Source: the human T2T-CHM13v2.0 reference genome, Homo sapiens. Taken from it: a stretch of 64,000 nucleotides of DNA. The notes under the pieces were generated by a model that was not told the DNA's origin, did no database searches, and saw only the letters and a list, made by a program, of their open reading frames with translations. The stretch lies in assembly GCF_009914755.1 (NCBI RefSeq), contig NC_060929.1; one strand, given 5' to 3'. A program made the position numbers and the translations under genes. Shown here one piece after another: positions 14,408 to 28,265 of the stretch. Within the stretch, counting starts at the first letter, position 1, and each line of letters begins with the position of its first letter.

Positions 14408-14783
14408 TGTTATGATTTGGCTCTGTGTCCCCACCCAAATCTCAACTCGAATTGTAATCCCCATGTGTCATGGGGAGGGACCTGGTGGGAGGTGATTAGC
14501 TCAAAAGGGTGGTTTTCTATGCTGTTCTTGTGATAGTGAGGGGGTTCTCAGGAGATCTGATGGTTTTATAAGTGGCAGTTTCCCCTGCATGCTCTCTCTC
14601 TTACCTGCCACAGTGTAAGACTTGCCTTGCTTTCCCTTCACCTTCCACCATGATTATAAGTTTAATTATAAGTTCACTTATAAGTTCAGCCATGTGGAAT
14701 TGTGAGTCAAGTAAGCCTCTTTTGTTTATAAATTATCCATTCTCAGGTAGTATCTTTATAGCAGTGTGAAATGGACTAATAAG
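14408..14783 (+). mobile_element. THE1D-like MaLR solo LTR, embedded in antisense L2-like sequence
   Basis: TTTGGCTCTGTGTCCCCACCCAAATCTC...TATCTTTATAGCAGTGTGAAATGGACTAATA. Confidence 0.88.
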
Positions 14784-16699
14784 ATAAACTTCAATAGAAT
14801 ACTTAAGAAATTGTGGTAATCAACTAGTTTATGAATGGAAAGAATCATTTTATCAAAGGAAATTAAGAGCATAACAATGTGGCATTAAAACAGATTAGGG
14901 AGTTCTGAGGGTTGTAAGGATGATGGAACAGGTACATAATAGGACAATATGGGAGAATAATTAAAGAAGTCCTGAGGGTAGGTCACTGAGGCCTTATATG
15001 TTATAAAAGGGGGATTTTACTCTAGGAATTGGGAAAGTGTTTGAAGAAAGAGAATAGTGTGATTATATTTGCTTTTTAGTTTGAAAAGAAGTAGCCTGGA
15101 AATGAATGAGATTACAGCCAGAGAAGAGAAAGAATATATTTTGATGAAAGAATATATTTGGGTACTGATACAATAGTCCGGGTTAAAGATGATTTGGACC
15201 CTGGCACATGGAGGATGCTGTGGGGTCATAAAGGAAGAAATGGTAATAAAAATAACTAAAGTTTTATTGGATGAAGTTTTCAAGCCAACAAAGCATAAAA
15301 CACAGACACAAAAACGACGTCTAAAATGATTTCTTAGTTTCTTAGTCATGTATTAGGTGTCAACCAAGACAGGGAATACAGACAGAGCAGTAAAGAGTTC
15401 AGCCCCAGACTCAATCCTATATGTGATTTTTGGGCCCATCCATAAACAATGACAAAGACTTGACCAAGTGGGTCCCACAGGGAGAGCTGCCCTCCCCACA
15501 CTAGTGCATAGTCCTCTAATGGCAGTTTCAGTAAGGGCTGCAGGGCCATGCTCACACACAGATCAGCATCACTTGACTGGTGCCTCCCCTGGAGGCCTCT
15601 CCACTGTGGGACCTTGGCAGACCTTCCCCAGGCATGTTTGCCCAAGACCTCCTTTTCATGGGGAGAGGAGGAGGAGTCTTGAAGACAATTGTCTTCCTTC
15701 TGATTCAATACTCAGTGCTTTTCCGCTCCCAGCCTTTTCCTGACCTTCCATAAAACTGCAGGAGCCTGTTGTTCAGGGTTCCTTTGATAGTGAGACAACT
15801 CCACATCTGTGCTGACCCATGTGATCCTTGATAGAGCTGTTTCATGAAGGAAAAAAAGGATGGGGACTGGACCGTCAGGGCTTTTTCCAGTTTAACCTCA
15901 AAGGTTTGTTAATGTCCTTTTGTCTTGATGTCTTAATTGCCTACTCCAACACCTGGCTCTCTCTCCAGAGTAGTTAAGCTCCTGATGGCTGGGGATAAAT
16001 TTAATGACTACTGTTTTGTATAAGTTGAGGTTAATCTAATTAATTTACCTAGAGGGAAAATTCTGACCTCTATCTCTGAGACCTCATCTAAAACACAGAG
16101 GTCATGAAGATAAATCTGGCTTCTGCCTTCAAGGAGCTTACAGTCTGGTGAAGATGATAGCTGGATAGCTAGACATAACAATAAAACCACAGCTGTTCCC
16201 TTGTGATAATTTCTGTTATGAGTTATGTACATTGGAATATGAAAAATATATAAATGGTACATAACCAATTCTAGGAGGTCAGGGCAAGCTTCCTGGGAGA
16301 AATGCTGTCTATAGGTAGACACAGAGAGACAAGAATCAAAGCCTCTTCTGAAGAAGGGTTAAATAAATCTCAGGCAGATAGGCTATGCATGACCTGCTTC
16401 TTTTATCTGTCATTTTTGTTGTTCAGTTACTTGCTAAATTTTAAGAATTTTATATATATATATTATATTTATAATATATTATATATATAATATACATGTA
16501 TATATATATATATCTTCTACATATCAGTGCTCTGTCAATTCAGCCTAATTCTGGCAAAAGCATTAAGGACTTCAATATTTACCAGGTTTGAAAGGGGAGC
16601 AGTCCTTTGAATTAGAATTATTTGAAAAATGTAGGGCTATTTTGAAACAACTACCCAATTGAAAATGCATGGACACTATAACTATTATACTTGCAGATG

Positions 16700-17440
16700 C
16701 ATACAAAAATACTTTTATTGTCACATGGGCACAAAGATGTATATTGAAAGCTGTTCACTGAAACAGTATTTATAATAATGAAACCTGGAAGCAACATATC
16801 TCTTAATGGGGATATAGACAAGTAAAGTACAACATATACATGTTATAGAAAAAAATGCAGCCTTCTCAAAAATGGGTAAGCTGTATAGATATAGAAAAGA
16901 AAAAAGCATTGTATAAATAATATGTACACTTTAATAAAAGTTGTACTAAATTTTAAATGTAATATAAATATCATACCTTCTATATATATAAAATTATCAA
17001 AAAGACTGAATTATAATACATGAAGAGTAGGAAAAAATAGTTGCACTGAGTTTTATATTTTCTGAATGTTTAAATCTTTCCACACAATATGTAATAATTA
17101 TACTTTTAAAATGAAATACACTAAGCAATAATAAGGAGCTGACCACTGATGTACTCAATAAGAACAAATTTCAAAAAACAAGATGCTGAGATAAAGAAGA
17201 CAGAAACAAAATAATGCACATGTATGATGTCACTTATACAAAATTTAGAAAAGATATATCCTGTACATAATGACAGAACCTCCATCAGTGGTTGCCTGTG
17301 ATCAGGGATTGAGATGGTGAGGGCATGTGAGAAGTTTTCATATATGATGGAAATGTGCAGGGGATATACAATTGTCAATATGCATCAAACTGTCTAATTT
17401 AATATATGTTTTATTGTATATGATAAATTGATTTTCTAAA
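16700..17440 (+). mobile_element. Old L1M (MC/MD/ME) 3' fragments
   Basis: Degenerate L1M 3' motifs (AAACCTGGAAGCAAC, CAGTGGTTGCCTG...GGG, CATCAAACTG). Boundaries approximate. Confidence 0.55.
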
Positions 17441-18794
17441 AATCATATACACTAACTCAAACTTCTTATAGCTGAACACATTTTATATTAGGTGTTTATC
17501 TTATATTTACAGATGATGTCTAGTAAGCCTCAGAGATGTCCAGTGGGATCTGGGATTTGAACCCATGTCTATTTCAATTTGTCCTCTCATTCCCTTTTTA
17601 CACTCAGCTTTTCTTTTAACATGCCCACATTTTCCCTACGACTACAAAATGAAAATAAACAGAACCTTTATTTTTAAGCTCTTATCCTACTTTGCTTTCT
17701 GTGCAAATGTTTTAAAATAATAGTTGACATTTATTCCTTCTACTTCCATACCTCATCCATCTCTTGCATTCTAATGTCCATCGCCCGCTTACTGAAATAG
17801 AGAAAAAAGTCACGATCATCCAGCACTGCCAGTGATTCTCAACTTTTTAAGTAATTGACTTTGTGTGTTTCTTCAGAACACTTTCTCCTCTTAAGATTTC
17901 TGGTTCCCTTTTATGTCTCCCACTGCCTTTCCATCATCTTTTTGTTTGACTCTTTAAACTCCTCCCTTTTTCCTTTTTTTCCCATGGTCTCTTCAAATAT
18001 ATCTAAACTAATGCGTTCTGCATACTTATTTTGAGTCTTTTTGTGAGGTCTAGTCCAACTGGCAAAATATGGTATCTCAATTTCCTACCATAAACTCATC
18101 ATATCTCAAATTTAAATTTCTCATCTTTCTTCATGCAAAACACCTTGAACCTCAATTTAAACTTCATCATATTCTTCAATTTCTTCTCCCTTTGTTTTAT
18201 TACACAGCTTATTTTGGCAAAATCCTAGGGTATTTTAATGTGTTTTTCATGTGCATCACCTCTCCATATATTTACAATTGTTCTGGCAAAAGTTTATATT
18301 GATAATTAGTCTTAGTGATTATAATTATGCCCTACTTTTGCTTTCTGTAATTCATCCTACACACTGTTGCTAAGTAATAATACCACTAAATCACAGCTCA
18401 GAATATATATTTTATTGCCTGCTGGTTTTCTATATCTATGAGAACATTTATTTCGAATGAAACAAAAACGATTAAACACGTAAAGCTGGAGCACTGAAAA
18501 GCACCAGGCATGCTAAGGGCCAGGGATAGACAGATGAAAGAGCATGCCCGCTATCTTTCTCTTAACATTCAAAGACCCGTTAATTTCCATTTCAACATGC
18601 ACTTTTTGTCAATTTTGTTTTCCACAGATCACTTTCAAGCATCCTTTGAAATAAACCCACTAAGATCATTTTTCCCAGAGCTTGCCCGTTTTGTACCTCT
18701 GCTGAGATTTTTCTCATTTCCTGGAATTATGACAATATTAAGCATAACTGTAAAAATTCTAAGTATCATTTGTATAGCGTAATAGTAGATCCAG

Positions 18795-18960
18795 TCCAAC
18801 ACTGCCTAGAAACTTGCACACACCATTGCATTTCACCCTCGCAACAATTCCATGTGGTTGGTTCAGCTATGTCTACTTCACAGATGAAGATATGGAAACT
18901 CAGAGGTGTTACATAACTTGCTACCATCACACAAGTCACAAAATCAAGCCAGTCTGTCAC
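18795..18960 (-). mobile_element. MIR
   Basis: CCTCGCAACAATTCCATG...CACAGATGAAG..GGAAACTCAGAGGTGTTACATAACTTGC core. Confidence 0.7.
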
Positions 18961-20614
18961 CTAAGAAACCCTAACCCTTCTCACTTTAATACACTACCTT
19001 TATTATCCTACATTTAATTTATTTTTTATACAACTTTGCTCATGACAATCTTTGTTCCTTTAGTTGGAAGTTTTTATTCCTCAATTTCCCAAGGGGAAGA
19101 TTTTACAGGTTAAACATTTTTGTCACTTGTCACTTAGCAACTTAACATTCTAGTCATTTATGCACAAGTTACTATCTCTACAAAACGTGAACAATTTGAA
19201 GATGAAAAATTATGTATTATATATCTTAAATCCATCCCACTGTAGTTCTTTACAGAGAGACAGTACTCAGTAAATATTTATAAGAATCATGACATGCAAA
19301 TGTGCATATTCTCTCTTATTAGAATATAATTTAGAAAATGTACTTGACAAATGAAAAGTAGCATCAGATTATTCTTGTTCAAAATATTCCTCCTTGGTAA
19401 ACACTAATACCTGGACTAATTTTTGAAGACTGTACTTCTCAGTGGGGGAGAAGAATTGGGAAAAATTCTTTAGTGTGAGAATATCTTAGGGGAAAAGCTA
19501 TAGTTTTAAAAAATACTGCTTTGTTTTATTCCAGTTATTTCTCTTTTATCAAAATTTTAAATTTGTATTTATAGTTGATATAAAACGATATGTATCTTGA
19601 GAGATCGTGTGTCAAAATAATTGAAGGACATTTTTTGTCATTTGTGTGAAATAGAAGAAGTGTTTTAAGTGTAGAAAATGATACCTGTGTGTGATAGAAA
19701 TAAGTTTATATCCTATGAGCAGGTAACAAAAAAGAAAAAAAAAACTAGCTGGACTTTTTCTCTTAGGATTATATTTTCTTTGGATGACAATGATAAAAGT
19801 TCTCTTTACTATGTAAATTTGCCAGTCTAAGAATAGAGTGTATTATCTTACTGAGTTTCATCTTGCACCCTCAGCATCTATTATTCCTATTAACTCCAAG
19901 TTCAACCTCCACCTTGCCCTTTTCTTCTTCTAATTGGCAATGGGCAAATCATTTCTGGTCAAGATCAGGAGCTCATCTGTCGCTCTAACCTTGAACATCA
20001 ATCCAACTCAAGAGCGAATCCCATTAACATCAGACTAATAAATGCAAAGATCCAGTGAAGAACAATAATGAACTTTGGCTCACACATCAGTCTTTGGCAC
20101 CTCAGAAACTAAGTGTAATGAACAGTAGGTCACAACCTATAGCTTTCATAAAATGTCCCAGTTGAGATAGCATATTACACATTTAAAACAGTAATGGTGC
20201 CAGGTCATTCTGTCAGACATTTGTCAAGTAAGGATGTGCTCCTACACATCTAGCTCTTCTAGTAAACCAATATTCAGACACATAATGGCTGCTTGTATCT
20301 TCAATTATCTCCATCCTATCACATTCAGAGCTGCTTCCAGAGAGTCCAATACTACAGCCTTAGGCTATGGGATGATGATAGCATACCCTACAAACACATG
20401 AGAGCAACCTCAAACCTTCTAAATTGTGCCAGTTCTGGGCTTCTTTTGCATAATCATTTATCTGAAAGGACAAGAAATAATTTGCAATTTCAGAGTGTGA
20501 TGCAAAAGACACAGATATTGCTCAACTTCAAACTACTGAGGGGAAGAAAAATAAGATTTTGGTTAATGTTCTATGGTTCAAATATAGTAAAGTCATCCTG
20601 GATTCCTGTCCTGA

Positions 20615-20944
<330 letters not shown>

Positions 20945-22630
20945 ATTTTTCTCTTTCACTTATTTATTTTAGCATCCTTCTCTCTTCTTATAGCTCATCT
21001 TTTATATGTGCTTATTTGAAAATGCACAATATAGTTGTTTTTGATAGACTTAAAATGATTTCTGCGGCATGCTATGAATATGTAATACCCCCGCAATCCA
21101 CCCCACACATATTTTGAGAATTTTTATCCTTCTTTGTAAAATTAGCCAGAAGTCCCTCTGTTAACACATGTTCGCTTCCTCATTCTTTGGTGAATTTTGT
21201 TTTTCCCATAAGACGTATTTTAACACGGGAATGAATAAATGTATAGGGAACATGAGACAACCTGTTTAACATCCTTTTTATATGCCATTGGGGATGATAA
21301 AGAGCAATGGTCATTTACTTAACATCTTGGTAATTAGCCGCTTGGAGGGTGCAAGGCCTGTAACCAGTCTTTTTGATGCATCCGCCATTTCTGCAAGTGG
21401 CTGGAGTGGAGGTACAAATGAAGCTGAATAGAGGAGAGACTCTGCAACTGTATTCACTGATAGAGTAATTGCCTGCTTTGTGAATAGGATGCATTCTGGA
21501 AGTATATCAAATATATAGAGCAAATACTCAAATAGAATAGAACAAGAAATGGTTACAGTAAAACAAACTTTTCGTGATATTTACCACTTTTTATATTTTA
21601 CTCAAAGTGTATATACGTTTTTTTTATATGCAAGATAAACTGATAATTTCAACACAATCTGCACTACTTTGAAAAATGTACACCAGGGCCTTTCATGACT
21701 TGTATACAGTTCTGGCCATTCTCTTTATCTCAAACCGAAGAAAGATATGATGCAGGCAGTAGTTTTTTCTTAGTGCCTCATAGTATCTAATAGCAGAAAG
21801 TGAGCCGCATAGCGGAGCACATTAGTTTTTATGTATCTACAGGACAGAAGGGCCACTTAGCTGATGGCTCCAGGTTTCCTTTGATATAATCTAATGTTCC
21901 TATGACCTCAAAGACTGAACACATTTCCCTAAGTGCTTCACTTAGCACCCAGGAGCAACTTGGAGTCTTCGCAGAATAAAATCCATTATTTTAATGTAGA
22001 TTAATACATGTGTACTTATATCTATGCAGGTCTATAATAGTTTATTCCTATGTAAGCTTTATTAAAAGCATTGGTATGTTTTACATAAAAAGTTAATGTG
22101 AATATTAGAAAAAAAGGACAATATTAAAGCAGTTTGTAGAATTTGTTCCCCCCCCAAAATGAATGAAATACACAATAGATTTTAAAAAAAGAAACAATGA
22201 AAGTGAAATGAGGAAAAGGTCTAATTTTCCCCTTAAATTTCACAATGTGTCAGCCAGACAGAGCATAATTTTGGAATAAACAAAAAGCCAGGGAGTCAAT
22301 ACAGGGTTTCTCCTTCTATCAGATATCTTGCTTTGGCAGAGAGTAAGAAGAACATCTCAAAAACCTCATTGGTGTTCTTAAACTGAGGGTGGAGACAGGG
22401 CGTGCAGGCTACTTGAGGAAAGACTGGGATGTGTACATGGAACTCACTTGCTCAATATGAATCCATGGCAACCTCAGGTCTAGGCCAGAAGTCCTGTGGA
22501 GTATTTCCTTGCAGAGGTTGGTGGTAGAAATGCAGTCTAAGATGAGCCATTGACTCAGCTGGAACTAACTAAAACCAGCAGAGATGGCTAAGCCACTAAA
22601 GAAACAAAACTCAACAAAAAATATGGTTGT

Positions 22631-23056
22631 CCAAATGCCCATCAATTGATAGACTGGATAAAGAAAATGTGACACATATATACCATGGAATACTATGCAG
22701 CCATAAAAAAGAAAGAATTCATGTCTTTTGCAGGGACATGAATGAAGCTGGAAACCATCATTCTCAACAAACTAACACAGGAACAGAAAACCAAACAGCA
22801 CATGTTCTCACTCATAAGTGGGAGCTGAACAATGAGAACAAATGGACACAGGGAGGGGAACATCACACACCAAGGCCTGTCGGGGGCTGGGGGGCAAGGG
22901 GAGGGAGAGCATTAGGACAAATACCTAATGCATGTGGGGCTTAAAACCTAGATGACAGGTTGATAGGTACAGCAAACCACCATGGTACATGTATACCTAT
23001 GTGACACAATTGCACGTTTAGCACATGTATCCCAGAATTTAAAGTTAAAAAAAAAA
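22631..23056 (+). mobile_element. 5'-truncated L1PA7/8-like 3' end with TSD
   Basis: ATACCTAATGCATGTGGGGCTTAAAACCTAGATGAC; A tail; ATGGTTGT on both flanks. Confidence 0.92.
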
Positions 23057-24357
23057 TGGTTGTATCAAACCCCAAATCTTGAAAATATAAAAACTTAAAA
23101 AAAAGTAACCCACTCCCCTTGAAGCAAGGACAGGCGCACCTTACACGGGAACAGACATCCTCTGAAATGCAATTATTTTGCCTTTTGTTTGTTTGTTTGC
23201 TTTGTTTTTTCTACTATTTCTTTTTAATTGAAAGAGTAATAATGCAGTAATAGAATTATAACTGGTGGCATCACAGGGCTGCATATTAGTAACCTTAGCT
23301 GAAGAGCTGTATAAATATCTCATGCACATGTTCTGAAAGAAGTGGAGCTTTATGGCCCAGAGTGATAAGGAGGAAAAAATAAAAAATGCCTCCATACATT
23401 CAAATTTTATTAAAAGTTGAATTAAAACATAAACATGTGACAGATTTTAAAATTTAATTATTTGCAAAAGCGTTTTTTGAAATTTACCTCCTAATGTTTT
23501 GCCTATAAATTCATGTTTTTATAAATGAACCTTTTTTATTGCTAGAAGGTGGCAGGTTCCACATCATTCTTATTCCTATATCATTATTTTTATAAGATCT
23601 AAGAACTGAGAAATCTTGTTCTCAGAAATAAGTGGATAGGATTGGAAGGGCTTTGTTATAACAATGACATTTGATTCTTTGAACTCCTTTGAAGAATGAC
23701 AACAAAAATTGCAGGTGTCCATTGACAATTCAACTAGGTATTTCTTCAAATTTTTAAAAGTAATTAAAAATCTAAAACAAAACAAAACAAAACAAAAAAC
23801 ACAAATGATTAGCAAGATTTTGTTACCCAGTCATCAAGGTGACTTACTTTTGAGAAGTGGAGATGAATGTTTTGAATTGCCCCTTCGTTTTGCATCCTGG
23901 AAATTTCAACACCTGGGGACAAAGCACCAAGGTAAAGTTAAAAAAAGTGGAGATATATTTTTCTCTTTTAAAAAAAGAAACATTGTGGGAGAAGAATTCT
24001 TTTGAAAAAGAAGAAATGAAAGAGGGACAGCAAGAATGATGAAAGAAGTATTCGAATGTGACACCTGGAAACCTGTTCTTTAAAAGTCTTTGCCTGGCCG
24101 CAGTACGCCTCACAAAGTCTTTGTGTAATCTCCAGGGTTAGCAGGCCTCAGATCAAAATTAGAAGCCTAAATGGCAAACTAACCAAATTGGTTTTTTTTT
24201 TATAAAGTAAAATCTCTCAATTCACTTTTAAAATAAACTTAATCTGGTTTGAAGTGTCCCTATGACAACCATCTCAATACTGAATTTTAATTATATGATA
24301 GGTATGTAGCTAATTACATCAAATAATAGTTAACAGTTAAATCGATCTCTGGCTGTA

Positions 24358-24668
24358 TTTTTATTTTTATTTTTTTGAGAGCTTCTCTCTCTGTCATCCA
24401 GGCTGGAGTGCAGTGACATGATCTCGGCTCACTGCAACCTCTGACTTCTGGGTTCAGGCAATTCTCATGCCCCAGCCACCCAAGTAGCTGGGACTACAGG
24501 CAGGCACTACCATGCCTGGCTAATTTTTTGTAATTTTTTTGTATTTTTAGTAGAGACAGGATTTTACCATGTTGTCTAGGTTGGTCTTGAACTCCTGGCC
24601 TCAAGTGATCCATCTGCCTCAGCCTCCCAAAATGCTGTGATTATAGGCGTGAGCCACTGCGCCTGGCC
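24358..24668 (-). mobile_element. Alu (old S/Jb-like) with TSD
   Basis: Antisense dimer; TCTGGCTG on both flanks. Confidence 0.9.
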
Positions 24669-24750
24669 TCTGGCTGGTATTTTATAAACTTAATAATGAA
24701 GAACTGATTCTCTACCGAAAAAAAAATGTATATATACAAAAAAAGAAAAT

Positions 24751-24910
24751 GGTGAGGTATGGTGGTGCATGCCTGTAGTTCCAGCTACTCAGAAGGCTGA
24801 GGTTGGAGGATTGCTTGAGCCCAGGAGTTCAAGGCTGCAATGAGCCGTGATCATGCCACTGTACATCAGCCTGGGCAACAGAGCAGGACCCTGTCTCATA
24901 AAGAAAAATA
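24751..24910 (+). mobile_element. Alu right monomer (FRAM/AluJ-like)
   Basis: GCCTGTAGTTCCAGCTACTC...GGAGGATTGCTTGAGCCCAGGAGTTCAAGGCTGCA...CCCTGTCTC. Confidence 0.85.
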
Positions 24911-26573
24911 ACAACAACTACCACAAAATGAAGAATTGGCGAATGTAGTAACTAGATCCAAGTTCATGGTTCTTACAGTTACCACTTCACAAGAAAAAGC
25001 CTGTAAGATTTAAAGCTGAGGATCACATGGCTAGTAACACTGAAAGAAGCACTATAGAACAAGGGAGACGAAGTCATTCTGAACATTCAGATTACTTATT
25101 TTTAACAAACAACTTAATATCTCTATCTTTTATATACTTTTCAGATTATAAGTGTAATTATGCTTTAGAGATAAAGACAACCATGCAAAATCGTCAAAAA
25201 CACTTCCTTGTAAAATGAGCCCTTCCTTCAGCTGACAGGGTTGACAGGAGATCCCAGGTGGGGAAAACACACCAAAAAGATTCTTATACTTAGGCTTTGC
25301 TCCACTAGGGACATTCACAAACAATCTCCAGGACATATTGGTTTCCTTGGGACTAAGGTATTTGTACAATGTCCATTTATAGGGGGTTAAAGTGCCTGTG
25401 ATAGTGGTTGAAAGTTTTGACCCACTTTTACAGATTAATCAGCATTGTGGTGGTTACAGAATTTCCAGATAAGGCATGCTTGCTCTTCTCTAGACAAACT
25501 CATCCACGATATCTTAGTAACACTGATTCTGAGATACCTTTAGTATTTTAGGTAGATCCACACAGTGTGATTGCTAATGTTATTTGTACGGATTTAGGAG
25601 CCACCGAGTGGCTATCATTGAACTGTCAAATAAATCTCAATACCTAGTTAAAATTCTTTTACAAGTAACTTTTCATAAAGAGGAATAAATGTTTACAGTA
25701 AGGGAGTATTTTGTTTACTTGGGCAGCTTTCTATGAAGAGGAGCATTTCTTGCAAAGCAATATGCCTGAGAATTAACTTTAGATTTCATTTCTATTTCAC
25801 TGGAGTAGATATGTTTAAATTAACTTATAATTTCTTAAGGAGTCAGATAAAACATTAATTTTCTTTTTAATTTCTATACTTGCAGCTAAGAGTCGAAAAT
25901 GAACCTAAGAGCCCTTCATTCCAAAATCATGCACAATTTCTAGTGCTTGTCTACTATCTACATAAATGTTCTCTCTCTCATATACTCTTCACTTTTTGCC
26001 TCAGGCTGGATTGTGAGTTCCAGTTACAAAAATTGATTCAGCAACCCAGGCAGATGGAGTCTTCAGAGATAAGAGAATATCCAAAACAAGGTTAATTTTC
26101 TCTATTCTAGGTGAAAACTGTCAACAGATAATGTAAGATCAGAGTTAATTAAAGTTATGCCATTTAAGTCAGTTTTGGACAAGATGAGAGTTTGAATCAC
26201 TGTCAGCTAAATATGTGGTTGTCCTTCATCCTGGAGGGGAAAAAGAAGGCAGTTTAAGATTTGTGCATTTTTGCTAATGTTATGAGATGTGAATAGCAAA
26301 GTAATCTCATCAATAGTAATAGTGTGGGTTGAAATATACTGTGTTACCTTATAGAAATGTTTTCTATCATACACGGGACCAGTTGGATACTGTAAAACTG
26401 ACAGGGAAAAGAAAGTAAGAGGATTCTACTAATTAAACAGTATCTACAAGATTTCACAACAAAGGGGACACTGTTTGGTAACATTGTCTGGAAGAGTATT
26501 TGTTTAAGTAGTAAGTAAAGGTTTGGCATAATTAAGTTCATTTAGTGTAAGGGTTGCTACAACGTTTCCTCAA

Positions 26574-27009
26574 TAGTTATAAAAATAAGCTAAGACTGCT
26601 CAAATGAAAAGAAATACAGGTTATTCAGTCAGAGCTTGCTGTAGCCAGGGAGTTGGCCACCATCACTTGCAATATGGCAACGAATCAAAGGCAGGCAGGC
26701 AGTGAGAAAGCTTTATCATGGGAAAACCAGAAGGCTGCAGGAATGCCCTGGTTGGAAATTATTGTCATGGGGAATCTAAAGGTTGGATAACTAGAAGCAA
26801 AACATCCTATTTGATGGGTGAAGCTGCATAATTAGCATTCTCTGGTTGGTTCTAAATTGGAAGCTGGAGGGAAACACTTAGGGAAGCTGGAAGTTACCCA
26901 CCAATTCCTAAGCATTTGGACCAATCGCTGCAGACTGGTTGCTGCAGAGGTCAGAGTTGATTTTCTGTGTGTGGAACCACCATTGTCTGTTAGTGTATTC
27001 AGTCTCTCA
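26574..27009 (-). mobile_element. ERV1 solo LTR (MER67-like)
   Basis: Minus strand starts TGAGAGACTGAATACAC...AACTCTGACCTCTGCAGCAACCAG. Confidence 0.65.
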
Positions 27010-27964
27010 TAGTATAAAGGCCGAAACTGCTTCAGGATCCAGATAAGAAGCTCTAGAAATTAGAATTTATTAGGGTCATGTAGTCCTTAGTCTGCCTCAT
27101 GGACATAGTGATTGGTCTAAAGAAGCATTCTTCATTTCTGCTGCCCTAATCATATTATTCCAGCTTCCACAGACTGATTCAATAGGTCCCGAAGCTAAAT
27201 TAAGAACCAGGATTCTTCAATAATACATTTGAACTGGAAACAAAGAAAGAGTAAGACTCCACTGGAAAATGGGAGACTGTGAAACTAGGAATTGACAGTG
27301 ACTATCTCTACAGCTGTGACAGACGTCAACCTGAGAGATAAAGCTGAGACCCAGAAGGCAAAGAATGTTACATACACAGAAAGAACATGTAAAATTGGAG
27401 CATCTATGTTTCTGCAACACATGAAGTATAACAATACCCCACCTTTCTTGAGATATTGCCTATGAGCCAGTTAATTACCCTCGTTTGTGAAACTGTTTGT
27501 CTCCTGCAGCCATTGAATCCTGATTAATACTCATTAAATCTCTATGATGTCATAGTATATATCAGGCACTATGGCTCATATTATTGTTTTCCCCTGATAT
27601 TTGGTTATTTTCTTTTCAAGGCGCATGGAGACAGACCTCTACCTGCAATGCCCCCCTTGCACTTGGACAGAACCATGTAACTATTTATAAGCTATGACAC
27701 ATGAGCAGACATGACATGACGGGATTGATGGAGCAATGACCTCATCTTTTCTCCTGCCAAATATTATGAAAGAGGACTCAAGTCACTCACCTAAGGGACA
27801 CTGGCTGAAAGTCAGTAATGAAGCTGAAAGGTCGCTAAATGCTGGCAAGTGAGATGGATTATAGTGTCTAGACTTTTTCCTGAGGTCATTCTATATCCAG
27901 CAGATATCTTTCAGTATATAGTCTATTCAAAACAATGTGCTAGTGACTATTGAGTGTGGTTACA

Positions 27965-28265
27965 TTTTTTTTTTTTTTTTTTTTTGAGATGGAGTCTCAC
28001 TCTGTCCCCTAGGCTGGAGTGCAGTGGCACAATCTTGGCTCACTGCAACCTCTGCCTCCTGGGTTCAAGCAATTCTCCTGAGTCAGCCTCCTGAGTAGCT
28101 GAGACTACAGGCACCCACCATCACGGCCGACTAATTTTTGTATTTTTAGTAGAGATGGGGTTTCACCATATTGGCCAGGCTGGTCTTAAACTCCTGACCT
28201 TGTAATCTGCCCACCTTGGCTTCCCAAAGTGCTGGGATTACAGGAGTGAGCCACCAAGCCCAGCC
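27965..28265 (-). mobile_element. AluS (Sg-like) with TSD
   Basis: Poly-T and full antisense dimer; GTTACATT on both flanks. Confidence 0.92.

Noticed and set aside
14655-14690. TTATAAGTT triplication inside THE1D
   Set aside because: Slippage within a fossil LTR.
15346-15840. GC-richer stretch with three overlapping ORFs
   Set aside because: Looks like an old LTR, but I could not assign a family or boundaries; the ORFs have no recognisable motifs.
24109-24126. Small palindrome CACAAAG-T-CTTTGTG
   Set aside because: 7-bp arms are expected by chance in 64 kb.
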